A DNA stretch of 64,000 nucleotides, from positions 288,001-352,000 of the forward strand of contig CAXXWX010000015.1 of assembly GCA_963675745.2 (NCBI GenBank), written 5' to 3'. The first letter of the stretch is position 1, and every line of letters starts with the position of its first letter. The notes beneath the pieces were generated by a model, which worked only from the letters and a program-made list of their open reading frames with translations, was not told the origin of the DNA and made no database searches. The position numbers and the translations under genes are program-made. The stretch is from Phycisphaerae bacterium. Its GTDB lineage: Bacteria; Planctomycetota; Phycisphaerae; UBA1845; Fen-1342. This document shows positions 1-8,316 of the stretch, piece after piece.

Positions 1-173
1 TGGGCGACCACGAGTTGGTCGTAGAAGAAGGTGCGGTTGCCGTGGGCCGGCAAGCTGTGGAGATGGCGCAGGTGCTCGTCGATCTGGCGGAAGAGCCGCC
101 GACCGTCAAGCTGGTCGGGCCGCCGAGGAATCGGCGTCACCGTCCGTTCGCGTTGCGTGTCCTTGTGGGCCAT
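1..173 (-). CDS. IS4-family-like transposase, N-terminal part (runs off the window edge)
   Basis: Manual translation from the ATG at 173: MAHKDTQRERTVTPIPRRPDQLDGRRLFRQIDEHLRHLHSLPAHGNRTFFYDQLVVA. The 'HGNR.FF.DQ.V' pattern resembles, from memory, N-termini of planctomycete IS4-type transposases. The DDE domain is not in the window. Confidence 0.6.
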   Translation of the reverse strand, partial: MAHKDTQRERTVTPIPRRPDQLDGRRLFRQIDEHLRHLHSLPAHGNRTFFYDQLVVA

Positions 174-263
174 GCGCCACAGTAGAGCAGAAACGCGCCC
201 CGGGCGCAAGTACGGACAATGTTAGGTATTACCCGATGTCCGGCAAACTCCCGGACACCATTG
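1..263 (-). mobile_element. Putative left end of an IS4-like element (terminal sequence CAATGGTGTCCGG on the - strand)
   Basis: A CAAT-starting end lies about 90 bp upstream of the transposase ATG, with an internal hairpin TGTCCGG-N7-CCGGACA. The partner inverted repeat is outside the window. Confidence 0.45.
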
Positions 264-322
264 GTTAAAAACCGGTGAGTGGCACCGGTTTTTAACCGGT
301 GAGCGGTTTCTAACCGGTGAGC
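263..322. repeat. REP-like palindrome cluster (CACCGGTTTTTAACCGGTGAG type)
   Basis: Three ACCGGTGAG units, plus a perfect 15-bp inverted repeat at 263-277 / 283-297. Confidence 0.7.
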
Positions 323-416
323 ACTATAGGTTACAAGCGGGGGCTGCGTTTTTGCGACGGGCTCCGACCATCGATGGCCGCCGGTCGGTGGTCGCTGCCG
401 ACGCGCTCTCGGATGC

Positions 417-1499
417 TCAAGGTCGCGGCTTCTGGCGGTCCTTGGCACTCTCGGTCGCCCACTGCACGATTTCGGCGAACACGTCGCGCATCGGCGGCCC
501 CGCCGCCGGCTTGTCCACGTCACGAAATCCATGATCGCGATTCGGGAACCGCCGAATGACCGCATCCGTCCGCCCGGCGCGGATCAACTCGACGGCGAGA
601 TAGTCAAACGCCTCGATCGGCCCGGACGTGTCCTCGCTGCCATGGGCGGCGTAGATCTTCGCCTTGGTCTTGAGCAGGTTGTCCGCCGGCGGGTTCTGGA
701 AGAACGTCGACCAGCGCCGGTACGCATGCCCCTGGAAGAACTCGGTTACGCTGGTCGGGTCGGCCATTATTTGGCGATAGTCGTCCTGCAACTGCTCGAC
801 GGCCCGCTCGATTCTTGCCGGCGCGGCTCCCTCCTTCGTCATCTGCTTGCGCCTGAGCACGATGAGATCGAACATCTGCGTCGGCCCGCCGCCGGCCAGA
901 AACGCGACGTGCGTGACCCGGTCATCCACCGCCGCCAACCCGGCCGCCACGTCCGCGCCTTCCGAGTGCCCCACCACAACCACCCGCGACGCGTCGATCG
1001 CCGGCTGTTTGAGCAACGCGTCCAGCAACAGCCGCGCTTCGGCGACGCGGCCGTCATACGTGGCGTGCCTGGTGTATTCGTCCGGCGCATTGTCCCCGGT
1101 GCCGTGGGCCTCGTTCAGAAACGGTACGCCGCGCTTGTCGGTGGCGGCGACGTGAAACTGCTCATTGGCCTCCTTCGCCAGCACACCAAACATGCTCCAC
1201 GCCACATGACCGTCGTGCATGGTAAACAGCGACCCGGCCCCGGAGCCGTCAAGATAGATCATCAACGGCTTACGCTTTTCGCGGTCCTTGGCGAAGTCTG
1301 CCAGATAAGCGCGCATACTGCTGCCATCCGGCCGCGTCACCGCAAACTCCCGAAACACCGGCGGCAACTGCGGATTATCAACAAACGCCAAAGACCAACC
1401 ACCATCCGGCGGTTCACCGACCTGCCCGGCAACAACCGCACCAACCCCCACCGCCAACAACACCACGCCAGCCGGCAAAAACGAAACTCGACACGTCAT
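417..1499 (-). CDS. Secreted alpha/beta-hydrolase (S9-peptidase/esterase-like)
   Basis: N-terminal hydrophobic signal, GHSEG nucleophile elbow, HGSED (Asp) and RDHGF (His) triad motifs, GGAGG RBS. Confidence 0.85.
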   Translation of the reverse strand: MTCRVSFLPAGVVLLAVGVGAVVAGQVGEPPDGGWSLAFVDNPQLPPVFREFAVTRPDGSSMRAYLADFAKDREKRKPLMIYLDGSGAGSLFTMHDGHVAWSMFGVLAKEANEQFHVAATDKRGVPFLNEAHGTGDNAPDEYTRHATYDGRVAEARLLLDALLKQPAIDASRVVVVGHSEGADVAAGLAAVDDRVTHVAFLAGGGPTQMFDLIVLRRKQMTKEGAAPARIERAVEQLQDDYRQIMADPTSVTEFFQGHAYRRWSTFFQNPPADNLLKTKAKIYAAHGSEDTSGPIEAFDYLAVELIRAGRTDAVIRRFPNRDHGFRDVDKPAAGPPMRDVFAEIVQWATESAKDRQKPRP

Positions 1500-1672
1500 C
1501 TGTAATCCTCCTGTGGGCGGCGGATGGGGATATTACCGCGCCGGGCGGGTGAAAAGGGGGATGCCTGAAGTTGAACTGAGTCAGGTTCGTCCGAAATCAC
1601 TGCTACCTGCTATGCTGTGACATTCAATGCGGCCATGAACGTTGAGCGATCGATACAGGAGCGACGAGTACC

Positions 1673-2485
1673 ATGGACCACGGGGACGATTTGGCAAAGT
1701 GGCAGGCTTCGAGCCACCGCGAGCTCGCTAAACGGAAACCCAGTGAGCTATTCGAGACTGAGTTCGCCGAACGCTATGACAGGTTGCACATTGATCTGTG
1801 GCAACGGATTCTGCGCTTGCATGGGACAATCCGTACGCTTGAACAACTGGCTGACTTTCCATTCGACCATTTGTATGGGCCGAACCACATGGAATTCTGG
1901 CAATTGGTCGGACAGAATTTCGTGGAGATGGCGATTGTCCTGCTACATAGCCTCGTGCATGATCGCGGGCAGGATACACACACAATCCTCAAGTTCAAGG
2001 ACGAGATCGCTACCGCGACTTGGCGGGACCCGGGCATGCGCGAGCTTCTTCTTCAGACGTTACGAGACCGGAGATTCGACTCGAACGTTGAGTCAGTGGG
2101 GACGCGCATCAAGAAGATTCGCGACCATCGCATCGCGCATCGGCTGATCGACAGGCAAACGGGACACCTCAAGGACCAGCTTGACGCCGTAACACTTCGG
2201 GATCTCAGAAATCTGTTTGATGCTGCGCACTCGTTGTTCGGCGCCCTTTCGTTTGGCTCTGGTTATGTAACACTCGCAGGCGACCTCGTGCCACGCACGA
2301 CCGCAGGCATACCGACACAAACGTGTCTTGACAAGATCCTGGATGCTGTAATCCGCGACAGCTATTTTGCCAACACGCCGGAGCGACGGGCGCAATGGTG
2401 GCCCGCGGAACGCGAGCATATGAACCCGGAAGAGCTCCGAATCATGAACGACCTTCGCCAACGAATCGGGCTTCCTAAGGCCTGA
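1673..2485 (+). CDS. HEPN-domain protein, AbiU2-like (putative RNase toxin/defence protein)
   Basis: 270 aa helical-looking protein with IKKIRDHRIAH (Rx5H HEPN-type motif). AGGAG RBS. Visibly less GC-rich than its neighbours. Confidence 0.6.
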   Translation: MDHGDDLAKWQASSHRELAKRKPSELFETEFAERYDRLHIDLWQRILRLHGTIRTLEQLADFPFDHLYGPNHMEFWQLVGQNFVEMAIVLLHSLVHDRGQDTHTILKFKDEIATATWRDPGMRELLLQTLRDRRFDSNVESVGTRIKKIRDHRIAHRLIDRQTGHLKDQLDAVTLRDLRNLFDAAHSLFGALSFGSGYVTLAGDLVPRTTAGIPTQTCLDKILDAVIRDSYFANTPERRAQWWPAEREHMNPEELRIMNDLRQRIGLPKA

Positions 2486-2621
2486 CGTCTGACCGCAGAC
2501 ATGCGAGGTGTCCGTCTCTTGGATGCGGCCCAGACACTGGAGCAAGCGGGACGCGTCCTGCAATTGGCAATGCGGTAGACGCGAGAATACATGCGCCAAC
2601 GGGCGTGGGGCCCTGCCCCGC

Positions 2622-3188
2622 TTACATCCCCAAACCGCTCTTCGACATCTCCGCCAGGTGTTGCATGTAGCGATCGACCGACGCGCGCACTTCGGCGGCG
2701 GCCTCGACGGCGTCCGCCCAGCCGCCGCTTTCCACCTGCGCGTCTTTCTCGAGCGCCTTGTACGTCAAAAAGAAATGCTCGACCTCACGCAGGTAGTGCT
2801 CGGGCACGTGGCTGAGGTCGGTGATCTCGTTGAACAGCGGATCGGAGTTCGGCACGCCCAGAATCTTGTAGTCCGGCTTCCCGCGATCCGTCATCCGGAA
2901 CATGCCCACCACGCGCGTCTCGATCAGACAACCCGTAAACGTCGGCTCGTTCACCTTGACCAGCACGTCCAGCGGATCGTCGTCTTCGGCGAGCGTCTGC
3001 GGTATGAAGCCGTAATCGCCGGGATAATGCGCCGACGAATACAGATAGCGATCCAGCCGCATCAGGCCGGTCTTCTTGCACAGCTCGAACTTGCTGCGCC
3101 GCCCCTTGGGGATCTCAATAATCGAATTGACATTCGACGGCAGGTGCGTACCCGCCGGAACGCTCATGTAATGGCTGCGGTGCAGCAT
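2622..3188 (-). CDS. ppa: Inorganic pyrophosphatase (family I)
   Basis: IEIPKG, LDRYL, YPGDYGFIPQTLAEDDDPLDVLV and HFFLTYK motifs. Confidence 0.95.
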   Translation of the reverse strand: MLHRSHYMSVPAGTHLPSNVNSIIEIPKGRRSKFELCKKTGLMRLDRYLYSSAHYPGDYGFIPQTLAEDDDPLDVLVKVNEPTFTGCLIETRVVGMFRMTDRGKPDYKILGVPNSDPLFNEITDLSHVPEHYLREVEHFFLTYKALEKDAQVESGGWADAVEAAAEVRASVDRYMQHLAEMSKSGLGM

Positions 3189-3373
3189 GCGTGGCCCTCG
3201 TGCGCCGATTTCCCGGACACCAAGCTAGAACGCCGGTCGCGCACTGTCAAACCCGCCCGCGGCGCGAGACGCACAATTTACCCCGGGCGGGCCCCAGCGC
3301 AGCCTCGCTACGCATTTTAGACCTGTTTGACGGCGGTGGCGGGGTCTGAAAGCCGAGGGTGCGGCGGATCAAC

Positions 3374-3898
3374 TCACGCGTTACGTGCATCCATGCGGAG
3401 CAGCCGCACATCGCGCTGGTACGGGGCGAAGTAGTGTGATTCATAGCCGTCGTCGCGCATGCCGGCGGCCCGGTATGCGGCGATCGCCGGCTTGTTATCC
3501 GTAAAGACGACGAGCACGACCCGCCGGGCGGCGTGCCAGTTGAAAGCCCGTTCGAGCAGCAACCGCACCAACGCCGTCCCCAGCCCGCGCCCGCGCTGTT
3601 CCGGGTCGATCAGCAGGTGGCCGAGCCAGTATTCATGAGGGCGCGATCGCAGGATGTTGAGCTCGCCATATCCGACGACGGCGACGTCTTCGCGGACCAG
3701 TTCGAATGGTTGCCGGCCGGCTTCCTGCCAGTTGAGGATTTTCTCGGCGGTGATCGGCGGCGCCGTGCGCGGCGCGAGCCACTCCGCTTCACGTGCATCG
3801 CCCACCCATGATGCGACCAGCGCCGCATTTCGGCAGTCGAATCTGCGCAGCGCCGGTGCGCCGGTGGCTGAAGTCGTGGTTACCGGTGCGATGGCCAT
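3374..3898 (-). CDS. GNAT-family N-acetyltransferase
   Basis: LLIDPEQRGRGLG acetyl-CoA motif A and VFTDNKPAIAAY motif B. Start chosen at MAIAP; the upstream part of the track ORF is antisense to the next gene. Confidence 0.85.
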   Translation of the reverse strand: MAIAPVTTTSATGAPALRRFDCRNAALVASWVGDAREAEWLAPRTAPPITAEKILNWQEAGRQPFELVREDVAVVGYGELNILRSRPHEYWLGHLLIDPEQRGRGLGTALVRLLLERAFNWHAARRVVLVVFTDNKPAIAAYRAAGMRDDGYESHYFAPYQRDVRLLRMDARNA

Positions 3899-3940
3899 GT
3901 TTGACCAGCCCTGTTTCCCTGCCATGCCCTCGCGTGCATA

Positions 3941-4714
3941 ATGACGCACGTTCGGCTGGATAACAAGTACAATCGCCGCCGCGAAGGGCAGTTGCGCAAG
4001 ATTCGACAATTGGCACACGATCCCGTGACACAATTCCACGGCTACTCGACATCCATCCGCCGCTGCCGCATCGCCGGGAGCGCGTACGATCTGCTTGCGC
4101 CGGACAACCCCGGCGCGCTGCTCGATGATCCGCGTATCGCCCGGCGATTCTACGAAAAGCAGGACGAATACCTGCCGTATTGGGCGGAGATATGGCCGGC
4201 GTCGCTGCTGTTGGCCGGCGAGGTGGCCCAATGGGCACCGGCACCGGCTGTCGACCCGCCGGCGGTGCTCGATCTGGGCTGTGGCGTGGGGCTGGTCAGC
4301 CTGATCGCCGCCAAGCGGGGTTACGCGGTGATCGCCGGTGATTACGAGCCCGACGCGCTGGCGTTTGTGCTTGAAAACGCCCGACTTAACGATCTTCCAA
4401 CACCGCGGACCCGGCATGTTGATTGGCGGGAGTCGTACGACGATTTAAGACCGCACCGTATGGTCGCCGCCGACGTAACCTACGAAGCGCGGAATCTGGA
4501 ACCGGTTGCGAAGTTTGTGCGACAGCACTTGCGCAGCGGCGGATTCGCGCTGCTGTCCGATCCGAATCGTGCCGTCGCCGACCCGTTTCCAGGCGTCGCG
4601 CGTGCGGCGGGGCTGACAGTCGATGTGCGCCCACTGACCGGTGTGGGTCTGGACGGACAGCCGATCGAGGGGCGCGTCTTTGAGCTTCGCCGGGAGCATG
4701 ACGGCGGGGCGTAG
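3941..4714 (+). CDS. Class I SAM-dependent methyltransferase (family-16/lysine MTase-like)
   Basis: LPYWAEIWPAS, VLDLGCGVG and AADVTYE motifs. Confidence 0.85.
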   Translation: MTHVRLDNKYNRRREGQLRKIRQLAHDPVTQFHGYSTSIRRCRIAGSAYDLLAPDNPGALLDDPRIARRFYEKQDEYLPYWAEIWPASLLLAGEVAQWAPAPAVDPPAVLDLGCGVGLVSLIAAKRGYAVIAGDYEPDALAFVLENARLNDLPTPRTRHVDWRESYDDLRPHRMVAADVTYEARNLEPVAKFVRQHLRSGGFALLSDPNRAVADPFPGVARAAGLTVDVRPLTGVGLDGQPIEGRVFELRREHDGGA

Positions 4715-4720
4715 AAACCT

Positions 4721-4742
4721 GGTGCGGCGAGCCGCACCCTAC
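4721..4742 (-). repeat. Single GTAG-type REP (GTAGGGTGCGGCTCGCCGCACC)
   Basis: GTAG followed by the hairpin GGTGCGG-CTCG-CCGCACC, between convergent genes. Confidence 0.6.
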
Positions 4743-6605
4743 CTAGCGAATGGTCAGCGCGACGAAGCCGTCTATGTCGCCGTTGTTGACCGAACCGTCG
4801 CCGTTGATATCGCCGAGCATGATGTCGCAATCCGGGTATTCATCCGGATACTGCTCGGGGTATGACAAGGCAAACACAAACGCGTCTATATCCCCGTTGT
4901 TCACCCAGCCGTCGCAGTTCAGATCGCCGGGCAGCGGGGCCGGCGCGATCGACACATCGTCGATGTACCACTTGTCGTAGTAGTCGACGAATGTGCCATA
5001 TGGCGTGAAGCGCAGCGCGAAGTAATCACCCAGGCCGTCGGCGGGCACGGCGAATTCGTGATAGACGAAGTCGAGCGTGTCGATGCCATCCGAGTAAATG
5101 CGCGCCAGTATCTGCCACTGCTGCAACGTCGAATTGAAGTACTCGACCATGAGTTGTTTGCCATAACTGCCCGAACCGGCTTCGACACCCTTGGGATTCG
5201 CCCAGAACGAGACAGTCGCCGGAACATCGACGATCATCGGCCGCGTGCGCGCCGTGTCGTATTCGTTGAAATACGCCGACCAGGGCGGGCTGGGCTCGTA
5301 CCCACCGCTCTGGCTGTGGTAGGCACCGTCAACGGCCGTCCAGCGGTTGGGGTCGAAATCAACGCTGCCTTCAAAGTCGTCGAAGAATGGGAACTGCGTG
5401 CGATTCGGGTCAACCGTGCCCGAGGCGATGCACGGGCGCCCCGGCGCGTAGTTTTTCATCTGGTCAACAGCGGATGGACTGAACGAGTGATAGCCGCTGC
5501 AACCGCCCAGTGACGAGCACATGATGCGGCACCACCAGTCGCCGTAGTCACAATGGCCGGCGTCGAAATTGTGGCCGATCTCGTGGGCGGTCAGCGCCAC
5601 GCGGCGGGCGAACTCCGTAGTATAGCGCGACTGCGACAGGCCGAAGGCCAAGTTGTTACACAGATAGCCGCGCCAGGCGATGCCGATCGCGCTTCCGGCC
5701 AGATCCTTGCCGGTGAACAGGTGGGCCACGTCGCGGTGGATGTCGGCGTGGTTGAGCACCCAATAGTCGCCGAACTGGTCCAGCAGCGACTGCGGGTCGG
5801 TCGTGTTGTAGGGGTCTTCCTCGGCGGTGCGGACGATGATCTCGGTGATGGTGAATGTCGCCTGGATGTCCAGCTCGTAAACCGTCGAGACGCCGTTGAG
5901 GACCGCTTCGATGTCGGCGACGGTATCGTCGACCGAGCTGTTATTGAGCTCGTAAAACTCAACGTCGGCGTCGCACGCGATCTCGCAGACGATGGCGTCC
6001 ATCGAGCGCGTCGCCCCGCCACCGACCGGCAGCGGCTCGGGTGGCGGATCATCCCCGGCGGGTACATCGGGTGTGGCACAGTGGCCCTCGGTGACGGCGA
6101 AGTCGGCGACGCGATAAATCAGGTGCGTCCGCGCGGGGCTGCCGGGCACGATCCGGTCGAAGGGCATGATCGCCCAGGCACTGTCCTCGTCATCGAGCGC
6201 GCGGACTTCCGCGACGATCTGACCGCCGACTATTGAGGCCACCACGCGGCTGTCCGGGTCGTCGGCCACGTGTCCGCGATAGGTCGTGACAGGCGGCGGA
6301 TCGACGTCAACCAGGCGCCCGGTCGCGTCCTGCACGCGCAATCTGAACGACGGTGCGCGCAGCGAATGGGGTTCGAGCAACAGCCGTTGCACATGGCCGT
6401 TGTACGGCACCACCAACTCACACCCCTCGCCCGGATCACGCGGCGGGTCGAGCGTCAGAAGTGTGCACGGTGCATCTCCGAGATGGGCGCGCAACGCCTC
6501 GTGCACAGGCACACCGATCGGAGAGCCGCCAACCGGATCGGCGGCGGCGGCGCACGCCACCCCCAACGCAGCCAACACGCCAAACGCCATCCGATATGGA
6601 CACAT
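4743..6605 (-). CDS. Secreted M12B/reprolysin-like zinc metalloprotease with C-terminal dockerin-like domain
   Basis: Signal peptide, prodomain, HLFTG, HEIGHNFDAGH metzincin motif, Met-turn (IM), and duplicated GDLNCDG/GDINGDG Ca-binding repeats. Confidence 0.9.
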   Translation of the reverse strand: MCPYRMAFGVLAALGVACAAAADPVGGSPIGVPVHEALRAHLGDAPCTLLTLDPPRDPGEGCELVVPYNGHVQRLLLEPHSLRAPSFRLRVQDATGRLVDVDPPPVTTYRGHVADDPDSRVVASIVGGQIVAEVRALDDEDSAWAIMPFDRIVPGSPARTHLIYRVADFAVTEGHCATPDVPAGDDPPPEPLPVGGGATRSMDAIVCEIACDADVEFYELNNSSVDDTVADIEAVLNGVSTVYELDIQATFTITEIIVRTAEEDPYNTTDPQSLLDQFGDYWVLNHADIHRDVAHLFTGKDLAGSAIGIAWRGYLCNNLAFGLSQSRYTTEFARRVALTAHEIGHNFDAGHCDYGDWWCRIMCSSLGGCSGYHSFSPSAVDQMKNYAPGRPCIASGTVDPNRTQFPFFDDFEGSVDFDPNRWTAVDGAYHSQSGGYEPSPPWSAYFNEYDTARTRPMIVDVPATVSFWANPKGVEAGSGSYGKQLMVEYFNSTLQQWQILARIYSDGIDTLDFVYHEFAVPADGLGDYFALRFTPYGTFVDYYDKWYIDDVSIAPAPLPGDLNCDGWVNNGDIDAFVFALSYPEQYPDEYPDCDIMLGDINGDGSVNNGDIDGFVALTIR

Positions 6606-6708
6606 GACTCATCCTCCGACATGCCCCCGCACTCCGCCCAAAGCACTGCACTCTCAGTATATCGCGCGCCCCGCGCCACTCCAACGACGGCGTTGCCGCC
6701 AGCGTGTG

Positions 6709-6945
6709 TCGCCCCGGAGGGGCCTGGGCGCATGGCCACCGGTGGAGCGCAGCGTAACCGGTGGATAGGAAGCCCGTTTGTTCTTCCGCCCGGGCAGGGG
6801 CGCGGGGAACGCGCCTGCCGCGGAGCATCGCGTCATCAAGCCGCCGCCCACGCCCCTGCCGGGCCGAGGGGTTTTCAGGAGCCGATCGCCTCCACGGGTT
6901 GCGCTGCGCTGTACCCGTGGCCACGATCCGGCGCCCCTTCGGGGC
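6709..6945. mobile_element. REPIN/MITE-like element: two inverted palindromic arms, no ORF
   Basis: Left arm GCCCCGGAGGGGC..GGCCACCGGTGGAGCGCAGCGTAACCGGTGGA and inverted right arm TCCACGGGTTGCGCTGCGCTGTACCCGTGGCC..GCCCCTTCGGGGC. Very similar arms flank the tnpA relic at 30.6-31.2 kb. Confidence 0.75.
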
Positions 6946-7106
6946 GGTGATTGCCAAGTTGCCACCGCCACAAATCGCCCAATCGGGTCACGCCCCCCGC
7001 TCGCCTGCGCCGCTCTCGCGGGCTCGCCGCGGCCGATCGCGGCGGCTATCATGAGGGCTTGTCTGTCGGCTGTTAACCGAGGTGTCTCCTGTGTGAGGAA
7101 GCAATC

Positions 7107-8249
7107 ATGAAGAAGATCCGCCTGTACACTCCCGGCCCGTGTGCGGTTCCCGAAGAGGTTCTGCTCGAGATGGCCCGGCCGTTTGAGCATCACCGTACCG
7201 ACTGGTTCAAAGACTTCATGCAGCAGTGCCAGGAAAAGCTCAAAGTGGCGCTGCAAACCAAGAACGAGGTGCTCATCATTACGGGCAGCGGCACGGCCGC
7301 CGCCGAAGCGGCCATCATCGGCTGCAACCCGCCCGGTTCCAAAATGCTCACGATCGAAGGCGGCAAATTCGGCCAGCGCTGGGGCGAGATCGCCGAACAG
7401 TTCGGGCTCGACGTCGTGCGCCACGAGATCGAGTGGGGCACGGCCATAGATCCACAGGTCGTGGCGGACTATCTCAAGAAAGACCCGGCCATCACGGCGG
7501 TCATGCTCACGCACAGCGAGACTTCGACGGCGACCTTGTGCGACCTGGAAGCGATCGGCAAGATCACCAACGCGGCCGGCAAGCTCCTGCTGGCCGACTG
7601 CATCACCTCCGCCGGTGCACTGCCGCTGAAGCCTGATGAATGGGGCGTCGATGTGGTTATCACCGGGGCGCAAAAGGCGCTGATGCTGCCGCCGGGGCTG
7701 GGCTTTGCCTCGCTGAGTGCGCGGGCCTGGGAGGCGGTGGAACGTAACCAGGGCCAGCATGCGTACTACCTGAATCTCCTCAAGGCGCGCAAGAGCGGCG
7801 AGAAGCACGACACCCCCTTCACCCCCGCACATCTGCTCATCCGCGGCCTCAACAAGGCCCTCGATATTCTGCTCGAAGACGGAATCGAGCAGGTCTGGAA
7901 GCGCGTGGCGGCGATGGCCGCGGCGACGCGCGCCGCCGGTGAGGCCATCGGCCTCGAAGTCTTCTCCAAACGCCCGTCCGATTCGGTAACAGCGCTGAAT
8001 TGCCCGGCGGGCATCAGCGTCAGTGATATTCGCGCCGGCCTGAAGGACCGCTTTGGCATCCAGTCCGCCGGCGGACAGGAACATCTCAAGGGCAAGATCT
8101 TCCGCATCGGCCACATGGGCTATGTCGACGCGATGGACACCGTGCTGGTGATCGCCGCTCTCGAACAGGTGCTCTACAAGTTGGGTCACAAGTTCGAGTT
8201 GGGCGCGGGCGTCGCCGCGGCACAGCGCGTGTTTGCGGAGCAACTGTAG
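7107..8249 (+). CDS. Class V PLP aminotransferase (serine-pyruvate/alanine-glyoxylate type)
   Basis: TPGP, GSGT, GKFGQRW, HSETST, GAQKALMLPPG (PLP Lys) and FRIGHMG. Confidence 0.93.
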   Translation: MKKIRLYTPGPCAVPEEVLLEMARPFEHHRTDWFKDFMQQCQEKLKVALQTKNEVLIITGSGTAAAEAAIIGCNPPGSKMLTIEGGKFGQRWGEIAEQFGLDVVRHEIEWGTAIDPQVVADYLKKDPAITAVMLTHSETSTATLCDLEAIGKITNAAGKLLLADCITSAGALPLKPDEWGVDVVITGAQKALMLPPGLGFASLSARAWEAVERNQGQHAYYLNLLKARKSGEKHDTPFTPAHLLIRGLNKALDILLEDGIEQVWKRVAAMAAATRAAGEAIGLEVFSKRPSDSVTALNCPAGISVSDIRAGLKDRFGIQSAGGQEHLKGKIFRIGHMGYVDAMDTVLVIAALEQVLYKLGHKFELGAGVAAAQRVFAEQL

Positions 8250-8316
8250 CACTTGATTCGATGCCGCGCCCCCGCCGGCGCAAAACCAGGACACCGCCGG
8301 CAACGATGATCATGAC

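Noticed and set aside
2486..2621. attC site or integron cassette around the HEPN gene
   Set aside because: No convincing RYYYAAC...GTTRRRY pair with internal symmetry, and no integrase in the window.
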